From Lophium mytilinum (taxonomy: Eukaryota): DNA of 64,000 bases. The notes under the pieces are model-generated. The model saw only the letters and a program-made list of their open reading frames with translations. It searched no databases and was not told the DNA's origin. The stretch spans positions 963,032 to 1,027,031 of the forward strand of contig MU004182.1 of NCBI GenBank assembly GCA_010093605.1, in the 5' to 3' direction. Below, piece after piece: positions 49,784-61,037 of the stretch (its first letter is position 1; every line of letters starts with the position of its first letter). The position numbers and the translations under genes were made by a program.

Positions 49784-51421
49784 TCAGACCTCACTTTTCG
49801 ATTCCTCCAATGGTGTCTTTCCTGTAACCTTACTCGCACATCGTCTCAATGACGGAAAGTGCTGCCAGGTCCACCAGATACTGACCACAAAAAGGGTGAG
49901 TGGCAGAGTGAGCGCAACGTACAGCCACCATTTTGCATTATCAAGCGCAGCCATTCCAAACACCGAGGACATGAAAGTACCGGGGAGAAAAACCATAGTC
50001 AGAGTCGCAATAACCCTCATAGAGGAGCCATCCGCCTTAGCTTCTCGGGCAATTGTTGTGCCTGTCGCGCTGTCTTGTTGAGTAACAAGATTAAACACCA
50101 TTCAGCTCGTAAGTTTATGAACCAATCAATCCGAAAAAAGCCACAGCAAAACCAAACTACTTACGAGATTCATAGCGATGTCCTTTCGAGACTTGTAACT
50201 CGCCAGCCAGCGTTGTTGCGCGTTGATAGATTCAAAGAGATAGTTAAGCGCATCATGCGTCTTCGTCTGCGAGTCCTTCTTGTCAACGTCGCGCACGTTC
50301 TCGCGATAGCGTGCATGAGCTTGCGACAACCGATGCACAATCATCTTTGACATTTCCACGTTGGCCGCCATTCGATCAATCTCTTGCGATACAACGTGGA
50401 GTTGAATCGTAAGCGCTTCTAACTCGCTTCTTTTCCGCTCGCTCGCGTCCGCCTCGGCGTATCGATCCACGCGGTCCAAGGCATCGTACAATTTATGCCT
50501 CAAGCCGGTAATTTCGGGTGTCGCGTCTAGGAAACACTCGTGTGTAACGAGGACATGGAGGAGAAAAGGGTCGGTTGAGTCCTCTAACGAGTTCCATGCG
50601 GCGCGATCGGTGCTGAAGATGTCTGTCAGGCGTTCCTTGACTGTGTCGAAGCGGCTTTGATGAGGATCACAGACGACGATGTAAGTTGTGTCGTTGGTGT
50701 AGATATCGTGGGTCATGTAAATGCTCCATGGAGTCCCGGTTTTGTGGATGTTCCATCGAGGTTGTTGGCAACAGAATTCTTCTGGTAGTCAGCTTTCTTT
50801 CAAGATAGGTTTAGAGACAGAGGGATAGATGGTGACCCACCAATTTTCCTAATTACACCTTGATCGTCATAGACTGCAAAGTCGCCAGGGGCCCCGTAGT
50901 CAGGTTCACCTAGCAATAGGCCGACAAATTGAGATGTGACATCCAAAGACTGTAAGAGCTGCCGAGCAATACTGGCGCTCAGAGACACCCGATAGTTGAA
51001 GCTAGTCTTGCCTTTCTTCTGTTCAAGCGCACAAAAGCTTCAGAAAGTCAGCTTCACGCGGCAGTTTAGGGAAGCACTAATCGTCTTACACGACGCGGAA
51101 AACCGGATTTTGCTTTCCATTCGATGTGTTGTGGCACAATATTTGTGACCATTCGTGAGCGCTTGATTCGTCCAAGGCGAATTGCTGAAGTCCCCCTTCT
51201 CGTCTGGCTTCATAGACTTCGCAGTTTGTTTGTTGCGAGAAGTTGCTTGGGTTGTCGAAGAGGCCATGCGTGCGGCGTGCATCGTGAATGGCCCCTATGA
51301 ATGAAGGAGAAGTCCGAGGGTAGCCATGTAAGGATGCGGAAGATCTAGGAATGAGTGGAATAATAGTGTTTCTCCACCTGCCTGTGGATACGATTGAAGA
51401 TTTTCGTCTCGCTTCCGCCAT
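49784..51421 (-). CDS. CorA-like Mg2+ transporter domain protein
   Basis: Four joined ORFs ending in VFNLVTQQDS..MRVIATLTMVFLPGTFMSSVFGM..WWLYVALTLPLT; last acceptor non-canonical; start uncertain. Confidence 0.75.
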
Positions 51422-52284
51422 TGCAGTCGTTCACGGTGAAGACAAGTGTGGTCCGATACGACATTTGAAGCATTTTATAGCTAGCTGCGGCTGTGAACAC
51501 AATGGTTTTACACTTCGACAAGGCGTCTGCTTTGCCTTGCAGATCAAGCATATAAGAACGAGTCATAAGCAGTTATGAGCCAATTATCTTTCATGGAGCA
51601 GTACGAGACGCAACGCCATAGCTCGCACGAAGGACCTTAAAAGTCCGCAGTTGACGACGCAAGGCTGAGGAAAGCTAATGCAGCCACAAATGCTTTTGGC
51701 GGAGGACCCTTGCAGATAGGTTTATTAGAAAAGGTTCATGGGTAGGTATGACTCGATGCGTTATCTTGGGCTGTACCATGCCAGCTGAACAGCCGCTGCG
51801 ATGTTGAAGCACTCCTACCGCCACAAATAGAATATGCAGCCACGTCACATGAGGCATACCTACATACGATTTTTATTGCCTCGCCGTCCAAGGCGAACTT
51901 AGGTCATACAAATCAGCCATTCGATCTTCGTCGAAGACTCTCAGCCTTCTCAGAAACATTCGTTTCTCTAAGGTGGAAGTTTCAAGTTAGCTGTAAGTTT
52001 TATCCAGCGCCTGGAGGAAGTGATGCCTTCAAATAACTTACTAGGCATGAACTTCGTTAAGGTAGTGAATTCAAAAGACGAGCGGTCACGTTTGGACAAC
52101 GCACGCAACCCAGGCGAGACCACATGTTCAGGAGCTTGTGCAAAATATAATTGGGCAAAATCTTGCCTGTTAAAGGCGGTAACGGTATTGAAACCTCGAT
52201 TGTCAAAACTATAGAGGCCGGAAAGACAAAAATGTATACCTCTCCAAGCCATCTGCAAGTTCCAGCAGACAGTCTACATCGCTA

Positions 52285-53314
52285 CTAAGTAGCAATAGGC
52301 AAAGAACGATGAAGGTGATTTATGATTCGCAAATAATCCTTATCATTCTCGCTGGTGATGATACCGTGCCGGATGAAGAAGTCAACCATCACCGCGGCCG
52401 AGCTCGGTTTGAATTGATCGGCCTTCAGCTCCTCTGCAACTTTTGTCGTGTCCCAAAGGTTGTATTTCCCAACCTCATTGTCGTTCGGTTTCAATATTGT
52501 GTCGCCAGGAACCTCAAGTTCGTAAAGGTACGCGACCTCAGGAATCATGAGTCCGATTTCGTAGCCGTTGGGAGCGTCCGTTGCCGACATGTATGTGAGC
52601 GCTCCGCACGACCGTACATTCTCCGTAAGAAAATTTCCAGTGAGCGAAGCTTCCTCTTCGGCTTCATGAGTCATAGCCTCGAAAGGTGATTCGTCTGCTC
52701 GAATTCCCCCTCCTACTGCGCTGTCCAATAAATTGGGAAAGGAGAATAGAGTCGGTGCTCTTCGAGGAACCCATATCTTCATTCCGTCCGGAGTGCGCGT
52801 GTACACTACCATGTGTATTCCACGAACCGTAATACCGAAGAGACTTGCAGCGCTTCGAGCGACATAAATTGAGTCGCGAGCCCCGGCGATTCGAAAGGGC
52901 TCTAATGAGGGGTCGTTAAACCCTTTAAAAGTCTGTGCCTTGATAACATTGGATACGACTTTTTCGAGGGCTGAATTGCAGGTTTTCGCCGTGTGTGCGC
53001 CATTTGAAGAGTCGGCCAGCTGTACGGTGCGGGGCTTGTCATGACTTATAATGAAGTCAGATGTCCATGGCATCGCTTTTACAACCCAGGGAAGTATGTA
53101 TCCGTGGGGCCGCGAATCATTTGGAAGTAGAAACTGATACCACGCTTCCTTTTCACCTTCCTGGAAAGGAAATGCAGCTACTTGGTCATAGGGAAAGCTA
53201 TGGAAAATATTAGCTAGGTAGCTTTGGCTTGGTTGAGTCTTCGGTCGATTGTTAAAGTCCCACCTACTTGTCACAATTCTTCACTATCTCAAGATAAGAC
53301 TTGCTCTTCGTCAT
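52285..53314 (-). CDS. Nudix hydrolase, thiamine pyrophosphokinase-related (YJR142W/Tnr3 N-terminal type)
   Basis: Short exon 1 MTKSKSYLEIVKNCDN/FPY; RSAASLFGI, IWVPRRA..FPNLLDSAVGGG..EAEEEASL, LKPNDNEV, VDFFIRHG. Confidence 0.9.
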
Positions 53315-54351
53315 AGCGTAGGAATTCCTCAGACTTTGCCCAAAATCAGAGGAATAGGAATTGCGCAGAGGTGACTCTAACGTCGAACATGAATAATAAA
53401 GGAGGGGCTGGTGACGAGCTTTTCACATTTTTTTAAAAAGCTAGGATTAAGAAAGAGGGCAGTGTAAGATTGAAGAGGCAACGCATGAAGAATGCGGCCT
53501 AGCGGGGTGGAGGTCAAGACCTTTATTCTACCTAAGCACAGGAAGGTGAGAGCAGATAGAAAGGAAGGCCTGGAAGGGAAGGGAAAGGAGACGAGGAAAG
53601 GAAAGTGGTTGAAGGAGATATCTGGAGGGTTCTTATAGACGAGATTGAAAGGCGCAGCGGCCATGCCCGAAGGGCACCCCACTACACCCGAGAGGGATTT
53701 CCTGGTAACGAAATTACCAAGGAAATTACCAAAAAAAATGTGTACTATCTTTTGAGTAAATTGAATCCCTTAAATACCTATTTATACTCTGTGTCCTCTT
53801 GTACATAACTTGTTGTGGGTATTTATTGTTTCTTTAGAACAGAACTGAAGCTCTCTTAGAGTACAGAACAGACTAAAAAGGAAATCCACCTAAGGCTCCG
53901 ACATGAGGCTATGCGATACATCCCGTATCATGAGATCGGTTCGCACAACAAGGTTCTAGTTCAGCAGCGACCAGTGGTTCACTCCCTTGGCGGTGCGCTG
54001 ACCGGTGAACCTCATCTGGGTGTCGATAACCCCGCCCGACCACCCATGGACCTCATTATCTGTCTGCCTCGCATCGCGATTCATCAGCACCCGCGACCAA
54101 TAGTTTGCAAGTTTTGCCTTTCTCGTGCTCTCTACTGGAAACTGTGCTATCTTGTATATATTACGCCTACGCGCCGCTTCAGAGGCATCAATGTTATCGT
54201 CAACTCAGCCATGTTGCTGTGAGGTTGCCTTGATGTATGTTTTGCTACCTCGACGTTTGTCAACTATCTAAGTAGCATATTTTTGATTCTTTTGTTCCAA
54301 TACAATCTATATGATCTTTTCCTCTCTTGCGTACATCTCAAGATTTTCAAG

Positions 54352-55694
54352 ATGGGTCAAGCAGTCACAAGGCTGCTATCTGAAGACGCCGATCGAACAG
54401 GATCACGTTCTCGATCGCGATCACCAAGGCAAAAGAAGTCAGAGTCGACTATAAATCCAACTTCAAAAGAAAGTAGCCGAAGTAAGACATCAAAGCCCAA
54501 AGTAAAATCAGCTCGAGCTCGACATCCAGCAACGAATCCTCAGCGTTCATACTCGAAGCCAAAGAAGCATCAAACCCAGGAACCTTCCGTTAGCTCACAG
54601 CACACATCACATCACAAAAGTCATTCAAGGAGTAAAAAGGCTTCAGCCTCGATCAGCGGCTTGTATTTCGATCATACACCGAAGAAACCAGCACCACGAC
54701 GCAAGTGTAGGGATCCTGACATACTATCTTCTGACACTTTCCAGAATCATTTGCCAGACAAGAGCAAAAGCCAAAAGAAACGCAACGATCCAAAGAGTGC
54801 ACCGCGAAGTAAATCGTCAAAGAAAACAGCTGCCTCTCGGCAACCCCCATCATCCCGTCATGATAGTCCGCACAATGACATAGAGCCCTACCCACCCAAC
54901 GACAGCAAGCCCCGAACCGAATGCATCATCTGCACCGAATCCAAATCTGCACGCCACTTCCCCACCCGGCTCCCAACCGCCGCATGCACACACGACGCCC
55001 AAACATGTACACGTTGCTTGAGGCAATGGATCACGTCCGAGTTCGAAAGCAAAGTCTGGGACCAAATTGACTGCCCAGAATGCCGCGAACGGATGCATTA
55101 CGAGGACATGGCGCAACTCGCGCCCTCCTCCGTCTTCCGCAAGTACGTGACTCTATCAAACCTATCTCTCCACTCTACTGACCGAAGTTGTCGTTGTTTA
55201 GATACGACCGCCTCTCCACCAAAGCCGCCCTCGAAGCCATCCCCGGCTTCCGCTGGTGCACCAGCAAGAACTGCACCTCCGGCCAAGTCCACTCCTCCGG
55301 GTACGAGTCGCCGAAGTTCGAGTGCGTCGCTTGTCGGCGGCGGTACTGCGTGGTGCACAATCGGCGCTGGCATGAAGGCGAGACGTGTGCGGAGTTCGAT
55401 TACCGGACGGACGGGACGCAGAAGAGGGAGGAGGAGAAAGCGTCCGAGAAGCTGATTCGGGAGACGGCGAAGAAGTGTCCTGGGTGTAAGGGGAAAGTGG
55501 AGAAGATGTCAGGGTGTGATCATATGACTTGTGAGTTTGATTTATTGTTTAGTGTGGTTTGGGAATGTGCTGACGCGCGTGAAGGCTCGAAATGCAGGCA
55601 TCAGTTTTGCTGGATTTGTCTAGCTCCGTTTGGCCCTATTCGAGAGGAAGGGAATAGTAAGCATAATAAAACGTGTACGTATTATAGTGTATAG
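54352..55694 (+). CDS. RBR (RING-IBR-RING) E3 ubiquitin ligase
   Basis: CIIC..CTH..CTRC..CPEC, FRWCTSKNC..CVAC..YCVVH..WH, KKCPGC..EKMSGCDHMTC..CRHQFCWIC; two introns. Confidence 0.9.
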
Positions 55695-56088
55695 GATTGC
55701 TACGGGCTCTACGAAGGGCTATGGGCTCTATGAAGGGCTACGGCTTCTTTTGTCTCCGTAATAGCGGGATCCTAAGTTGAAGCTATCGTACCACGTTGGT
55801 ATACTCTACTGCCACAGCTACTTGTCCATTACTTCGTCCCTGGTATACTCGAGTAATCAGGGTATTCATAGCCGCACGCTAGGGCTGGAAAGCTGGAGAG
55901 ATCTATCACACAGCTATGAGTAGCCCACTCGATTCTCGCTCGAAGACGCCGCAGCCAGAACGGAGCTAGCCCATAAACCAGGATCCTCTCAACAGGGCAT
56001 GAAAGTCCACACATCGCTATTGGCCGCTCATGCTACGTCAACGCTCGGTCTTCATCCATAATAAAGGGCAGCCAAAATGCCACCGCTT

Positions 56089-57804
56089 TCACCCCATAAG
56101 CTCTGAAGCAAACTTCGACCTTGCTCTTATTCGCGGACCATAGAAGACCAATATCCAAGGAACCAGCGTCAACACGGTGCCAATTCCGCCTAACAGGCTA
56201 CTAGCACCACCATACGACAGATTTTTATAGAGCTTCGTAGTGATGAGCGGGAATATGCCACCAAGAATATTCCTGCAAAAGCTCTGGGCCGCGAGCGCAG
56301 ACGAGGCATAGCGGTGATAAGTGTCCGCCAAGTAGTTGAAGACGGCGAGGTAGATGCTGAATATACCCATTGTCGCAATGGCAATGGCAATCGTGGGGAC
56401 GATCCAGTGGATCGAAGAAGAGGCAGTCCAGCCGAACATGAAGAGGCCGATGGGCATGAGAGCGCTTTCTACACAAGCGAAGTACAGACGGCCTTCTGGG
56501 GTTGAGGCCAGCTTTCCGTAGCGCTTTGCGACTTTTTCTTGGTATATGGAAAGCACGGTGGCGAGGATAGAGCCGACGCACGTTGCTGCGAATACTGCGT
56601 TTGCGTGTTCGAGGCTGAAGTTGTACCGCTCCTGGAATACAAGAGGTATGGCGGCTAGTGTGAGGTATAAGATAGCCCAGCTAAATGCTACCCAGAGCGA
56701 AAACCAAAAAACTACGGGTTCGGTGACGAGCAGGTGGAAGGGCCGATATAGGGATATGCCGATTGACTTGGTCAAGCTGCTGCGTTCTTCATCGGACTTG
56801 ACTTTCCATCGAATCCGCTGAGAGGTTACGGAGCCGGTTTTGGAGGATCCGTCTGGCATGTTGAAGCCATAGAAGCCGGCTTCTTCGCGTGTTTCGTACC
56901 ACTTGTTGAGTGCTCTAGCCTTCCTACTCAGCAGGACGCTTCCTCGGGTTTCTTTGAATGTAATTGAGACGATGGCGATGAGAGTACCGGATGTTATTAT
57001 CTGGAGGTAGAATATCCAGCGCCAGGTAGTGTTCTGTGCTATCCACCCGCACACTAAAGGACCAAGACCTGTTCCAAAGAGGGCTGCGCCGGAGAATAGT
57101 GCCATGGGGGTATTGCGGTCCTCGGTGTGGTATATGTCACTCACAACTCCTCCCACCATCGTGGAGAAGGTAGAGCCTCCTACGCCGAGGAAGAAACGAG
57201 CTACGAGCATCCCCGCGTACGATCGAGTAAGGGCACAGCAAAGCTGACAAACAACGAAGAGGACGCCTGTCACGAGGAAGACTGGCTTCCTACCGTGGAT
57301 CTCGGAGAATGGCGCAAGTACCATCGGAGCTACTCCGAATCCTGTGGTGAAGGTCGTAATGCCAACAAGGCATGCAACGTCGCTGATATGCCATTCTTTT
57401 GTCATTTGTCCCACTCCTGGACTGTACGAGCCGGCGGAAAAAGCTGTTACTGAAGTCGCAGCGCATGAGACCCATATGAGCAGCTTCTTTCTCAGCCTCG
57501 ACCATTCGAAAGGCGATGTGTATTTGACAAGATTGGGAGGCTCCGGCTGAGATTGTTGCCCTTCTGATAGGTATATAGACGTAGGAGACGGGAGTTCGGT
57601 CTCAAATGTAAGATAGTGCCAGACGATGTCACCATATCTGTCGTCCTCGGCATCGTCAACGTACTCTCTGTCCTCTGGATCGGATTTTTCCAACTCTTTC
57701 TCAATAGACAGGACTGGAGGAGTCGAGCGGGTTATTCCCGCGTTATGCCCGGAAATTTGGAGCTGGGATGACGTTTTGGGTAGTCCTACCTCGGGATCGG
57801 CCAT
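56089..57804 (-). CDS. MFS multidrug transporter (DHA1 family)
   Basis: PFEWSRLRK, LAPFSEIHGRKP, ARFFLGVGGS, WRWIF, PEGRL, NYLADTYHRYASSALAA; likely start MADPEVG at 57804; intronless. Confidence 0.92.
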   Translation of the reverse strand: MADPEVGLPKTSSQLQISGHNAGITRSTPPVLSIEKELEKSDPEDREYVDDAEDDRYGDIVWHYLTFETELPSPTSIYLSEGQQSQPEPPNLVKYTSPFEWSRLRKKLLIWVSCAATSVTAFSAGSYSPGVGQMTKEWHISDVACLVGITTFTTGFGVAPMVLAPFSEIHGRKPVFLVTGVLFVVCQLCCALTRSYAGMLVARFFLGVGGSTFSTMVGGVVSDIYHTEDRNTPMALFSGAALFGTGLGPLVCGWIAQNTTWRWIFYLQIITSGTLIAIVSITFKETRGSVLLSRKARALNKWYETREEAGFYGFNMPDGSSKTGSVTSQRIRWKVKSDEERSSLTKSIGISLYRPFHLLVTEPVVFWFSLWVAFSWAILYLTLAAIPLVFQERYNFSLEHANAVFAATCVGSILATVLSIYQEKVAKRYGKLASTPEGRLYFACVESALMPIGLFMFGWTASSSIHWIVPTIAIAIATMGIFSIYLAVFNYLADTYHRYASSALAAQSFCRNILGGIFPLITTKLYKNLSYGGASSLLGGIGTVLTLVPWILVFYGPRIRARSKFASELMG

Positions 57805-58981
57805 TGCAGGATCGCAGTAGCACGGGTGGTAGCAACACACAGGATACACGGCAAGACAGCGAGAAACAGATGAAGATGTAGGATTGTAAGGAAGAGGAAG
57901 GGCGCGTAGGCCAAGAAGAATTGATTTATAAAAGCATACTAGGTAAAGTCGACGGCTCCACCTACCCACTGCATACTTAGCTCTAGTGGACCGCGAACTA
58001 TGTACCCTTTAAGGGAAGCGGCAAGTCTATTGGGCCAAAGCTGTCCATCAGTGGGAGGGGTCGGTAGGCGTAGGGCGCCCTGGTCGTTGTTCGGGAGCAT
58101 CAATGCTGTCTTGGGCACCCGGGGGCTGCGACGGTCCGACTGACGAAGCATTATTTCCGAGAACCGGGCTGCGGAGGGAGATGTAGGTCAAGAGGTAGCA
58201 GCGCCAAGGCCGCGGAGATGTGATGGGGAGGGGTGATGGTGGGGTAGCTTTGCACGAGTTTTTCTCGATGAACTGTGAGGCTGTAAACTAGGCTTAGGTC
58301 ATCCTAGGGGCAAATAGGCACTTGCACGTGCGCCGCGGAGAAAAACGCGGGTCCTAGATGATATGTCATCTTGAAAGTAATCTGCTAGCAGTTCTCTGGA
58401 AGTTGAGTTCGGAGGGAATGCAGAAACCTAGGTACGGCGTGGAGTTTCATTCCTAATACTGTTTTCAATGAGGCGTCTCTACCTAGGCGAGGCCACGGCG
58501 CTTTGTATGGTTCTGAAATGTCGTGCTTTGTGCGCCGGAGCAGCATCGCAGGCCACACGCGCAATTGAAGATTACTTTCCCAGGTCAGCATCCCGCCCCG
58601 GGCTCACGCCGAGCGCTGCTTGTCTCGAACCAGCCTGACCGCCCTCTTCCCGTGCTGCAGATTGGCCACTCGCGCTCAACGTACGATGGCAGAATTCTTT
58701 TCCTGGGGCAATTGCTCGCTCGCATCACGCAATCGCGTGCTATGCCCGAACCGTCGACAACGAGGCCATTCACGCCCGATATAAAACCCTCGACCCCGCT
58801 GTCTGCCCCTCCACCTCACCCGAGACTCTCTGCAACATCTTCTCGTCTTTCACATCATTCCAGCAGCTTTAAGTTGTGCAGACGCCTCTTAGACATTCTC
58901 GACACCTTGACCAATCGAAGCGTGCGTATTCCGCCAGTGTCTTTGCCGTGTTGGCCTTAGTAACGTGTTTTCAGCTCCACA

Positions 58982-59714
58982 ATGGCCGAACGCCCTACGC
59001 CCCTCCGCCTCGGAAGCATTGCTCCCAACTTCGATGCTGAGACCACCAATGGCCCCATCAACTTCCACGAGTTCATTGGCGACAAGTGGGTGGTGCTGTT
59101 CTCTCACCCAGAGGACTACACCCCCGTCTGCACCACCGAGCTCGGCGCGTTCGCCAAGCTCGAGCCCGAGTTCACCAAGCGCGGCGTGAAGCTGATCGGC
59201 CTGTCTGCGAACACCATCGAGAGCCATGGCGGATGGATCAAGGACATCGCTGAGGTTTCCGGCGGCAAGGTGACCTTCCCCATCATCGGCGACAAGCAGA
59301 GGCAGGTAGCCTACCTCTACGACATGTAAGTCAGAAACCACCCGTTTTGGGGACCACTGCTGACAGTTGCGCAGGCTTGACCACCAGGACACCACCAATG
59401 TCGACTCCAAGGGCATTGCGTTCACTATCCGATCCGTCTTCATCATCGACCCCAAGAAGACCATCCGCCTCATCCTCTCATACCCCGCGTCCACTGGCCG
59501 CAACACCGCCGAGGTCCTCCGCGTGGTCGACTCGCTGCAGACCGGCGACAAGAACCGCATCACAACTCCCATCAACTGGGTACCTGGTGACGACGTCATC
59601 GTCCACCCGTCAGTCAGCAACGACCTGGCCAAGGAGCTGTTCCCCGACTTCAAGATTGTCAAGCCGTACCTGCGATTCACGCCGCTTCCCAAGGAGAAGA
59701 CGTCGGCGGCCTAG
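58982..59714 (+). CDS. PRX1: 1-Cys peroxiredoxin (Prx6 family)
   Basis: FSHPEDYTPVCTTELG active site; intron 59326-59374; YPASTGRNTAEVLRV, TPINWVPGDDV. Confidence 0.95.
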
Positions 59715-61037
59715 AGGACGATTTGGTGAGCGGGACTTGCGGACGAGTGGTTCATGGCATGAAGGGCGTTCATGCGGGTCAATTGCTTTCATAGGAGTGC
59801 CTACATACCCTGAAGTCGGACGGTTTATTGGAAAGTACCGGGTGCCTCTAGCTTGGAAGGAGGCTTCTGCGTTGAATTGCGGACTGGCGGGTAGGACTAG
59901 CGGTTGCGTTAGACTGAATCCAACCTTCTTCTAGAACAAAAGTGCCGTGCGCAGGGTGTGGCATCCTTTCGATAGGGCTGAAACAGTGCCATGCGAAAAT
60001 TGTTCAGTGAAGTCAATTGGCAGGGAGCAGCCCGTCTGCCCGCGCAATGCGTTGAGGCCAGTGTTTGTGCGTGCAATACCGCCTTCGGCCCCTTTATTGA
60101 GTGATTTTGCAGCTGGACGTACTCCCGTCCGGTCTGGCCAACCTCCGGCCCGCTGCGCAACGAGTCGACATCGGCGCCAAAAGGGGCATACTGAATTGAA
60201 AAGCCAGGCTGAGCGCTGCAAAATGCTGCGCGAAACGCCCTCGAATCACAACGCCAGTGCGCCTCTACGAAGCCTGCACGAAGCGTCCTCGGCCCCTCCA
60301 CCTGACAACGCCCCGCACCGCCGACGTCGTCTGCTGCCCGTTCACGGCTGCGATTCGTCCCTCCGGCGCGTGGCAGCTTCTTTCAGACTCGCTGCAGCAC
60401 ACTCTGGCTTTGTTGACGGTCGAAAGAAGCCCTTGCATTCTCCAGCATTGTCTAGCCTGTTCGAGCGCACTCCCGCCGAGACTCTCGCCGCACCGTCCTC
60501 CGCCACGCTGGGTCTGGGAAACCTCACGGCAGCCTCCTCCATCCCACTGTGCGCCCGAGCAGCGTCGCCGCCCGCTCAACATCGTGTCTCCGGTCCCCGT
60601 GTGAAGCGTACGATTGCCAGTGTAAGGTGCCGCTCTCTCTTTGTCCCCATCCGCGCCGCGTCTCTCTCATCAGGTGCCTGCAGCGCGGCCTGCAAACTGT
60701 GCAGCGCCGTCCTGGACCCCCCGGTACCACCTTCGCAGTGTCACCGCAGCTCCTCGACCATGTCATATAGTGCTACAGGTGGCGATGGAGGCCAGAGAGC
60801 CACTTTCGCTGCCGGAGCTGCCCTTCGACGGAGGTGGGAGGCCCCAGCCCCTCGGCTGCAGTCGCTTGAAGCCATGCGGCTGCTGCCGAACTGGTGAATT
60901 GGTGATCGCCGGTGCTCCGTCAACATCTGCGGTCACGGGGTATTTGAACTCTGCTAAGGTCCTTGCTGTGTGCGGTCTGCTTTTTGATTTGCCTTGTTCG
61001 AGTCTCATCACCTCTGCTCCCACCGCCCCTGCTGACC

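Noticed and set aside
55700..55743. 19-bp duplicated unit after the RBR stop
   Set aside because: About two imperfect copies; ordinary slippage.
58742..58981. Mitochondrial N-terminal extension of the peroxiredoxin
   Set aside because: After removing the 5' UTR intron 58922-58974, an in-frame TGA lies just upstream of the ATG.
58889..59692. Long antisense ORF over the peroxiredoxin (similar ones over other genes)
   Set aside because: Shadow frames caused by codon bias of the real genes.
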